The notes under the pieces: model-generated
The model's input: only the letters and a program-made list of their open reading frames with translations
The model's database searches: none
What the model was told of the DNA's origin: nothing
In this document: positions 38,560 through 47,775 of the stretch, in pieces
Numbering within the stretch: position 1 is the stretch's first letter
Layout: each line of letters starts with the position of its first letter
Origin: Octopus sinensis
Lineage: Eukaryota
Direction of reading: 5' to 3'
NCBI RefSeq assembly: GCF_006345805.1
Contig: NW_021832780.1
Location: 1-47,775 of the forward strand
Length of the DNA stretch: 47,775 nt
Made by a program: the position numbers and the translations under genes

Positions 38560-39090
38560 CAGCGTTCGATCCTCAGAAGAGGAGAAGTTGGTGAAAAAAC
38601 CAAACTCACTGTATTCAATTCGGGTTCCGTGCCTTTTTTTTTTTCACCAATAGTAAGAAATGTTGGGTAATGACCGAAAGAATACGATCGCAAACACAAG
38701 CGGTCGAAATAAGGATCTTCCGAAGAATTTCTGGAATAACGTTATTCGACTGGGTGCGTAGCTCGGAGAGGTCTCTCCGGGTCGAGCCGCCACTTCTCCG
38801 CATTGACAGATCACAACTCCAGTATTACGGTCATGTGATTAGAATACCGCAAGGAAGATTCTCAAGACGAATTCTTAAAGCCAAGTCAACCGGCAGGAGA
38901 TCTTGGAGTAGACCAAGGGTTGGATGGATGGATATTTACCATAGACTTAGTTGGCCACGCTTGGAGATCCATCCACAAAGCGTAATATCAGTTATTTCTG
39001 AAAGGACCCTCTGAAGGAGGTACCTGAGGATTCAAACCCTACGACCCTATCAGGAACAGTAGGCGGATAAGATAAATGGATGGCTGGATA
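38560..39090 (+). mobile_element. RTE-clade LINE 3' fragment
   Basis: ORF 38670-39014: AVEIRIFRRISGITLFDWVRS...QLQYYGHVIRIPQGRFSRRIL...GRRSWSRPRVGWMD is the typical RTE C-terminus (W.GHV.R...G.R..GRP...W.D). Confidence 0.88.
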
Positions 39091-39225
39091 TATATGTCAC
39101 AAGTAATTTCCTTCATCACTCTGCTAAGTTTTGATAATCTACCCTTTCCTAGCGATTCGTAATAACACTTTGTAGACATTCTTTTTGTAATAACTCCTAA
39201 TATTTAGCAATATTTGTTTCAATAG

Positions 39226-39313
<88 letters not shown>

Positions 39314-39314
39314 C

Positions 39315-39695
39315 CTTCCTGCTAAAGGCACAAAGCCTGAAGTTTTGGGGAAGAGGAATAGTCAATTATATCGACTCCAGTATTCCACTGGTACTTAATT
39401 TATTGACCCCGATAAGATGAAAGGCAAAATCGACGTCGGCGGAATTTGAACTTAGAACGTAAAGAGAGACGAAATACCACTAAGCATTTTGCCCGGCGGT
39501 GCCAACGATTTTGCCAGCTCACCACCTAAATGGTAATAATGATAATCCTTTCTACTAGAAGCATAAGGCCGCCTCAAATTTAGGGAAAGGGATTAAGTCG
39601 ATTACATCAACCCCAGTGCGAAACTTGGTACTTATTTAATCGACCCGGCGGAATTCAGAACATAGAGACGGCCGAAATGCCACTAAGCATTTCGA
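39315..39695 (-). mobile_element. SINE plus partial second copy
   Basis: ggtacttaatttattgacccc..gatgaaaggcaaa..ggaatttgaac..gccagctc is the reverse complement of the SINE core and head. Confidence 0.75.
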
Positions 39696-40404
39696 TGATG
39701 ATAACCATAATGCATATGTACATATAGAAATACCATACCGATTTAGAATATGGTCTGCAGATACAAACATACTGACTTGCGTAGCATCGTTTGAAGTTAG
39801 CAAGACTTTAGCGTAGCTAGACAACCTTCGCTGAGGCTATGCGACGTTTCCTATTTTTACTTCTTAACTAAATATCAACGTATTAAGCGCGAGCACAAAA
39901 CACATTTCAACTCATAAATCTCAGTAAACATATTTTACTCTCCTTTATATTCTTTTGTTGTTATAGTTCTCTTTTAAATTACACGTTTTAATTTTTTTCT
40001 GTCCTCTTTAAGATTACATTTATGATTCTTTTCTATAATATTAATAGAATTAATTGATTGCTATTGAGCGAAAAATGTCACACAGCATACATACCAAACA
40101 AAAATCTGGAAAAAGCAATAGCCGAAAATGTACAAAAAAAAAGATCAAAAATAAAATAAATTGGCTAAGCATTGGACAAGATACGTTGTGGTATTGGGTT
40201 GGGTCTCTATAGTCTCAGTTCAAATCCCATCAAAGTCGATTTTGCCTTTCTTCTTTCCGAAATCCATAAGCATTGGGGTTGAAGTAATCGAATATATTCT
40301 AAAAGATGGTGCTTCAGCATGGTCACACTTTAATGACAGACGCCAGCAAAATATGTTTAAATAAGTATGAATATACACACACACATACATATACATACAT
40401 ACGT

Positions 40405-40441
<37 letters not shown>

Positions 40442-40525
40442 AAATGTCCTGAACTTGAATAATTTTTTAATTTCTTATTTTAATTTTTCATATATACATA
40501 ATATATATGCATGTATATAATATAT

Positions 40526-40577
<52 letters not shown>

Positions 40578-40578
40578 C

Positions 40579-40654
<76 letters not shown>

Positions 40655-40668
40655 GTGTGTGTGTGTAC

Positions 40669-41065
40669 AATCAAAATAAGCAACAAGGATATCCAGTGGT
40701 AATGCAGTACGATCGCTTCATGCAACTCCATTTAATTGAACAATGCAACTATTTCATTACATTAATTTAAAATGTAGAGCAATCTTTAGCTGCACAAAGA
40801 CATAGAATTTAATTAAATTAGTTTTGTTCTAATTTAATTAAATTCTATGTCTCTGTGCAGCTGAAGATTTCTCTACATTTTAAATTGATGTAATGAAATG
40901 GTTGCATTGTTCAATTAAATGGAGTTGCATGAAACGATCGTACTGCATTACCTCTGGATATCCTTGTTGCTTATTTTGATTTTAATCACCTTATTTTGAA
41001 ATTGTTTGGATAATACCGTACTAAATTCTGGTGCCTCAACTTAAATGCCATATTAATCTGAATCT
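40669..41065 (+). mobile_element. PLE pseudo-LTR with 153-bp inverted arms
   Basis: 40669-40821 is the imperfect reverse complement of 40829-40981, with a 7-nt spacer. Contains a hammerhead. A fragment of the same family lies at 30700-30840 with its own 21-bp fold-back. Confidence 0.78.
40856..40947 (+). ncRNA. Type-I hammerhead ribozyme inside a fold-back repeat
   Basis: tgcag CTGAAGA [63-nt imperfect stem II] GAAA cgatcg TA ctgca: 5-bp stem I, palindromic ACGAUCGU, GUA triplet. The mirrored copy in the left arm has a mutated core (CTAAAGA/GAAG). Confidence 0.7.
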
Positions 41066-41855
41066 ATATATGTGTGTATCTATATGAGCTCACAAATCTG
41101 TACGTTTGGTTTTTTTGTGTGTGTATGTTATATGTATATACAAACAAATAGCTCTGCCAAATCGCCGCCATGCAATAATAATAACTTTATACAAAAAATT
41201 AATGCAAAAATTATGCACATCAATGAACTTGTACGTCTGGTTAATCATTGAAATATGAAAGAAATATGAGCTAGTTCAATCCGTTAATCAGTGTAGCAAC
41301 CGTTTATTCTTAAGTTACTTAAGAATCACTTTCCACTACAGCATAAATATTATAAAACTTTCACTATAAGTTTATTGAAATCATTTACTCCACTAAATTA
41401 CTTGCTTCATCAAGCCGTTCTGATTTGAATTAGCCTAAACTCAGTCTCATTACTAATAATTCTAATTGCATTAACTCTATTCCTAAGTTTCATATCCAAC
41501 TAAAAATATTGCTTACCCATGTACCGTCCATTGCAATAACTTTTCTAAGACATACATTAGACTCATCTGCAATCTATTCAAAATCATATAACATCAACAT
41601 ACCCTCTTTCCGAAATCCACTTCAAAGAAATGACACGTTATTATCCACGTACATCAGGTAGTTCAAGTTTACGAATAAACGATATAACTTACGGCGAAAC
41701 GTTTTAGCTAAAGGAAACTTGCGGTGTTTGTTCTGCTGTGAGATTAGAAAAGTTTTATATAGCTTCAAAACAATTCACCAACAATTCATATGTGGTTGCA
41801 TTTTGAAAAAAAATGTATGTATGTATGTATGTATGTATGTATGTATGTATGTATG

Positions 41856-41898
<43 letters not shown>

Positions 41899-41948
41899 AT
41901 ATATATATATATATATATATCTAAATATCTATCTATCTGTGTGTGCGT

Positions 41949-42003
<55 letters not shown>

Positions 42004-42687
42004 TGTGTTTGTGTATGTATACACTCATCGTTGTAAACTATGTGATACTTGTTAGAAAAACGTAAGCTAGAAACCAAGTAAGGAAAAAGGAAAGGTCATA
42101 GCTAAATACCTAAGCATGCCGAGAAAAAAGCGTTGGAATACGAACGAGTTCTGCATAGATACAATCGAAAAGAAAATAACGTCCTCATGGACGAATTAAT
42201 TAACTGACGTAAACTTCAAATATCATGTGTGTGGGGGGGGGTCTATAACTAGGTCATATTCTAGCATACCTTTTACCGTGCATGTTTAAATATCGAAAGT
42301 TTTATCTTTCTCTGTTCCTTGCTTTCCTGTTTTTTTCTTTCTAAATTGTAAGATAATTTAATAATTATATATTATATCAGTAATTTAATAATTAGTTTTT
42401 TTTTGTTTTTGATATCCATTCTGTAGATATCAAAAATAATTGAAACAAATTTGCAAACGTTTTTTAAACTTTTTCCTTGTTCCAGTCAATAGGCTGCAGC
42501 CATGCTGGAGCACCGCCTGGGAGAATGTTTAGTCGAACATATGGAACAGGTAGTTCGGTTCATCGAACAAATGGAATATGTACTGGTCGAATCCGTTGGA
42601 GTTTGATTTATTATTTACATATATGCATCCATCCATCCGTCCACCCACCCATACATACATACATACATACATACATACATACATACA

Positions 42688-42718
<31 letters not shown>

Positions 42719-42919
42719 GCATAAGCAAGCATACCTATACGCATATACAAAACACGCAGTTTACACTCACTGGATCCGCACACTTCAACAATGATATCTT
42801 CTCAGATACAAATCACGTACAAATATATACAAATTAATTAATTAATTAATTAATTATAAATTTTAACAGTGGAAAAAATGAGGAACTTAATATTAAAATA
42901 TTAAATATTACTATTAAAA

Positions 42920-43135
42920 TCGGCGAGCTGGCAGAATTGTTAGCACCGCCGGGAAAAAACGCTTAGAGCTATTTCGTCTGTCTTTACGTTCTGCGTTCAA
43001 ATTCCTTCGAGATCGTCTTCGTTTTTCATCCTTTCGGAGTCGATAAAATAAGTACCAGTTATACATTAAGGTCGATGGAATCGACTTATCACCTGCCCCG
43101 AAATTATTGGCCTTGTGTCAAAATTGGAAATCAAT
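42920..43135 (+). mobile_element. tRNA-derived SINE (43659-like head and core)
   Basis: cggcgagctggcagaa...gttcaaattcc...tttcatcctttcggagtcgataaaataagtaccag. Confidence 0.8.
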
Positions 43136-43564
43136 ACTGAGATTGTGTCGATACTGCAACAATCCTTCGGAAAACAGCTGATGAAGGACGAATTTTCTCG
43201 TATCTCTTCGTTTGTTTTGTCTGTTATGTATTTTTATTACTTGTGAGTATTCCTTATATACACACATACACACACACACGAGCACACTTGCACACACACG
43301 GTCGCACACATACATATGTATATATACAGGTAAACAAACACACACAGATAAGAGATAATTCCATATATTAAAAACAATAATAAACTCAATAATTAATGAG
43401 TATCAAAATTTGATTTATTTTATCTATGAAGAGGAAAATTACTTCCAATTTCCATTGACTTATCTCTACATCGTCCTACCTTTTTTGCTGCTGATGATGA
43501 CGGCGATGGCGATGACGACGACGATGACGACAACAACAACAAAAATAATAATAATGATAATATT

Positions 43565-44135
43565 ATGCTCTGACGCAGTACCAGGCAGTGGCTTTCGTGG
43601 CTTCTGATCTTAACTGATTGGAAGTGATATCATGTACATTGTTTTGTCTTGGTATTTAAAGGCGGCGAGCTGGCAGAAACGTTAGCACGCCGGGCGTAAT
43701 GCGTAGCCGAATTTCGTCTGCCGTTACGTTCTGAGTTCAAATTCCGCCAAGGTCGACTTTGCCTTTCATCCTTTCGGGGTCGATAAATTAAGTACCAGTT
43801 ACGCACTGGGGTCGATATAATCGACTTAATCCGTTTGTCTGTCGTTGTTTGCCCTCTCTGCGTTTAGCCCCTTGTGGGTAGTAAAGAAATAGGTATAAAA
43901 GATGGCTACAGCAAATATTCTGCTCAATCCACAGATTTGCTTGTCAGTTGTTTGACCTTAACCAGTTGATTATGTCCCTTAGTGGCTGACGATATGTGCA
44001 TCTCTGATAACGAGCAGAGGTAGTGGGGGAGCATCATAGCCATGTGTTGAGAGGGATTCTTTGGGGTTTGAATAATCCACCTCTAGAAACATGGGTGTTT
44101 CGTTCAATATCCTTAAATAACCTATATTTAGGGAC
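43565..44135 (-). mobile_element. Same (AAT)n-flanked repeat, copy 2, interrupted by a SINE
   Basis: Homologous to 16295-16610. The SINE at 43659-43891 is inserted with a ggtat duplication. Confidence 0.55.
43659..43891 (+). mobile_element. Full-length tRNA-derived octopus SINE (OK/OR-like, Nin-domain-like core)
   Basis: Head ggcggcgagctggcagaa (A box), gagttcaaattcc (B box), core gcctttcatcctttcggggtcgataaattaagtaccag, tail tagccccttgtgggtagtaaagaaat. Confidence 0.85.
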
Positions 44136-44289
44136 CTAACGATTCTCCCAGCATAACAATAATAATAATAATAATAATAATAAATCGCGCCCTTCCTCGT
44201 CTTCCTCCTCGTCGTGGTAATGATCATCATCATGTTATCCACATTTCCATCTTTTTTCACTTTAAGAATCTTTCCTTTACCGATGACGC

Positions 44290-44635
44290 ATCACCTTCAT
44301 CACGAGCAATACCACCACTACCACCACTACTACAAGCACCACCACCACCACCACCACCACCACCACCACAATCACCATCATCACCACCATCACAATGAGA
44401 TGTGTCCCTACTATTCAACTACCCCCATCACTACCATCATCACTACTACCATTACCACCACCACCACCACAACAACCACCATCATCACCAACACCATAAT
44501 GAGATGTGTTCCTGCTATTCCACCACCACCACCAAAACCACCACCACCACCACCATCATCACCACCATCCATAATGAGATGTGTCCCTGCTATTTCACCA
44601 CCACAAGCACAAGCACCGCCATTTCATCACAATTA
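44290..44635. repeat. (CAC)n-rich region with three aatgagatgtgt(c/t)cct(a/g)ctatt units
   Basis: The unit recurs at ~44394, 44498 and 44573 between cac tracts. Confidence 0.85.
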
Positions 44636-44991
44636 TAAGAAGCATTGGTAATATCATCGTCATCGTCGTTGTTGCAATAATTATTTAATTTCTTAATAAT
44701 CTTCATATTAATTTCCAGTTAATCCAGAGAAGAAAACAAACGATAAAGAAAGAAAGAAAGAAAAAAAGAAAGAGAGAGCGAAAGAAAGAAAGAAAGAAAT
44801 ATATTGTTTGTGATGGAAAAAGATTTAGAAAACAAAAAGAACTACCAAATGAGATAAAAAACAACTCTAAACAAATGAAGGAGAAAAACAAACACCCACA
44901 TACACATATGCATGTAAGGCATGTGCGCGTGAGCACGTGAGTGAAGGTAGACGTGATTTATTTCTGTACATATATATATATATATATTATA

Positions 44992-45031
<40 letters not shown>

Positions 45032-45324
45032 ATATATATATATATACGCACACATGTCTGAAAGAAACGCACACACATATATACACATATACATACACAC
45101 ACACACATATATATATATACACACACAGATATGCATGTATCACATACATATGCATCTAGCTCTCTATATCTACTTCTATCTATGAATATCTCTCCCGCTC
45201 TGTGCGTATGTGTGTGTTTGTGTGTACGAATGCGTGATATATGTAAGTAAACACACATTTATATATATATATATATATATGTGTGTATGTGTGTGTGTGT
45301 GTGTGTATTTATGTACGTGTGTGC

Positions 45325-45375
<51 letters not shown>

Positions 45376-45462
45376 TATATATATAATATTTATACATCCA
45401 TCGCCATGATCTACCGTTAGCCGCTAAAGCTTTTTTATTCTCTCTCTATTTTCTCGTGTTCC

Positions 45463-45496
45463 TTTCTGTTGAAGAGCGTAGGCTCGAAATGTAAAA
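45463..45496 (+). ncRNA. Degenerate hammerhead ribozyme (A6>U) in a related PLE repeat
   Basis: ttt CTGTTGA a gagc-gtag-gctc GAAA tg TA aaa. Same architecture as 45684, but the core A6 is substituted. Confidence 0.55.
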
Positions 45497-45683
45497 TACT
45501 TTCTCATCTTCCTGAGCGTTAAACTGATACACCTGTTTGTTGTTTACACACCTGTCCTTGTCTTTTCTTTTTTGTAAATTCCATCTATATATATATGTAT
45601 ATACATTTAAAATGTGACCGCATGTGTACAGTTGGCGATTTTTTTTCTCCGTCTTCCCTTCTTTGGATCTTTCCTTTTCCTAT

Positions 45684-45718
45684 GTTTCTGACGAAGAGCT
45701 CCGCTCGAAACGTTAAAC
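45684..45718 (+). ncRNA. Minimal type-I hammerhead ribozyme (PLE terminal repeat)
   Basis: gttt CTGACGA a gagc-tcc-gctc GAAA cg TT aaac: 4-bp stem I, extra A after A9, 4-bp stem II, ACGU palindrome, GUU triplet. Confidence 0.78.
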
Positions 45719-46692
45719 CCTCCTTCTTCCCTTCCTTCCTGAGCGTCCAATAACACTATACTTGTTCCACGTCCTCGCGTTGTGTTTTCTCTTTGTGTTT
45801 TCATGTTTGGATTAACTATATATATATACATACACATCCATACATATGCATGCATATATATATATATATATTATATATATATATATATATATTATGTGTG
45901 TGTTGTGTGTGTGTGTGTGTGTGAAGGCATAGCTGTGTAGGCGCAGGCATGGCCGTATAGGCGCAGGTATTGCTGCGTGGTAAGAAGTTTGTATCCTAAC
46001 CACACGGTTCTGGTTCAGTCCTACTGTGTAGCCCCTTGAGCAAATGTCTTCTACTATAGCCTGTGATTCCACCCCACCCCAAATATTGCTTGACAACCTC
46101 GTAACTTAAAGCTTCGGCAAATAGAAATCGAGAGAAGGAGTATCAGGCTTTACAAAAGAAGTGGGTTCGATTCGTTCGCCTAACATACTTCAAGGCGGGG
46201 CCTCAGTGTGCCACAGTCTAACAACTGAAACAAAAAGAAGGAAAGGTAAAAATACGTATGCACACACACACCCACACACCCACACACACACGTGTGTGTG
46301 TGTGTATATGTATGTATATGCATGTATGCATATATATATATATATATATATACATATGTTATCTTTGTAAACCTGGTACTTATTCTATCTTTTATTTTTG
46401 CCGAACCGCCAAGTTACGGGAACGTAAGACACACCAATAAAGAAAAAAAAAAAACACACACACATAAATACACACACAGACACATACACACACACACGTA
46501 CATGGGACGGACTTCTTTCAGTTTCCGTCTACCAAGTCCACTCACAAGAATTTGGTCGGCCCGATGCTATAGTTGAAGGCACTTGCCCAAGATGCCACGC
46601 GATGGAACTGAACCCGGAATCATGTGGTTGGAAAGCAAGCTACTTACCACACATCTATGCCTGCACACAAACACACGCACACACACACACGT

Positions 46693-46725
<33 letters not shown>

Positions 46726-47479
46726 CACACATACACACACACACACACAATACACACACACACACACATATTAGGAAAGACCAATGAATGCAGATACCAA
46801 TGAATGCAAATTTCCGCTCTCCATGCCGCTATTAGTGATATGCAAAATAAAGACCTTTGACTTTGTTCAATATACAAATTACTATTTGTTACCGCAAGCG
46901 TTCTTATCAAAATGTTCAATGCTGGAGAAAACATCGCAAGATGTGTTACCCGACCCTGTAATTATCTGCGAATCCATCTTCTTCGATTGGTACTTTTTAA
47001 TCGATAGCTCCAGGATGGAAGACGAAGCTGACCTCGAAGTGATTGCAATTCTGAGCGCAGAATTTGCCAACTCTCCTCACATACATACATACATACATAC
47101 ATACATACACACATGCATACATACACACGCAATATATACATACATACATACATACATACATACATACGTAAGTACGTACATACACACATACATACACACA
47201 CACATACTACACATTCATACATACGTACGCACATGTATACATGCATCCATATATATATATATATAATATTATATATATATATAATATATATATATATAAT
47301 ACATACATATATATATACATGCATACATACATATATGTAAATAAGTACATGCATACATGGACATATATATATATGTATACATACATACACAACACTTATA
47401 AACACACACATATAGAGAGAGATCAATAAATACCTACTTATGCGTAAACAAATTCATATATATATATATATATATATAA

Positions 47480-47775
47480 TAGTTATCGCCATACTAATAT
47501 GGCATTCTTATAAAAATAAGAAAAAAGCTGCCCGCTTATTAGCTCCATGAGGCCATCGCCTTAAGTTAGCTATTTGATACACAAACTGTATCCATAAACC
47601 TTCGAACAAGGGAGGTCAGTCGCTCCACACTACTTGACCGGCAGCTACAGACGCGTTTCGGAGTATTGCCCCTTTTCAATGCAGCGTAGGCCAGCCTAGG
47701 TGTCGCTTCCGACAATCTCTGTTCGATGGTTTATTACCGAACTAGGTAAATAAAACCATCGAACAGAGATTGTCG
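47480..47775 (-). mobile_element. PLE pseudo-LTR (same family as 29854-30416) with terminal fold-back
   Basis: Homologous to 29918-30185. 47710-47775 forms a hairpin (cgacaatctctgttcgatggttt...aaaccatcgaacagagattgtcg). Abuts (TA)n. Confidence 0.8.
47644..47685 (-). ncRNA. Minimal type-I hammerhead ribozyme, U3:A8 core variant (second copy)
   Basis: Minus strand reads gctgca TTGAAAA gggg-caata-ctcc GAAA cgcg TC tgtagc: 6-bp stem I (one G:U), 4-bp stem II (one G:U), palindromic ACGCGU, GUC triplet. Confidence 0.82.

Noticed and set aside
41517-41566. Minus-strand AG...GT-bounded segment encoding MSLMYVLEKLLQWTVH
   Set aside because: It ends in phase 2, incompatible with the phase-0 TKRP acceptor, and is not signal-peptide-like.
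44214-44651. His/Thr/Pro-rich 145-aa ORF
   Set aside because: Explained by (CAC)n repeats plus a short tandem unit; no splice or domain support.

Overview
AT-rich, microsatellite-saturated eukaryotic DNA that reads as octopus genome (Octopus vulgaris/sinensis-like, judged from the peptide sequences and the SINEs). The only host coding sequence I can support is one 568-nt internal exon (19549-20116, minus strand) of the tachykinin-related peptide (oct-TKRP) precursor, encoding six amidated peptides. I could not locate its signal-peptide exon or its final exon. The rest is intron/flank made of tRNA-derived SINEs, LINE fragments (CR1/L2, RTE, Tx1/L1-like), MITEs (piggyBac-like, hAT-like, and one carrying TTAGGG repeats) and many Penelope-like element (PLE) remnants. 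The main hidden layer is eight minimal type-I hammerhead ribozyme folds plus degenerate or half copies, in several sequence families. They have palindromic or near-palindromic stem III, sit in fold-back PLE terminal repeats next to (TA)n, and include a U3:A8 core-variant family present twice with a compensatory change in stem II. Also notable: a Tx1/L1-like LINE whose three copies all sit inside (TATC)n arrays and whose 3' end is shared by a SINE family, and a repeat found only inside (AAT)n. All folds and alignments were done by eye, and repeat boundaries are approximate unless stated.
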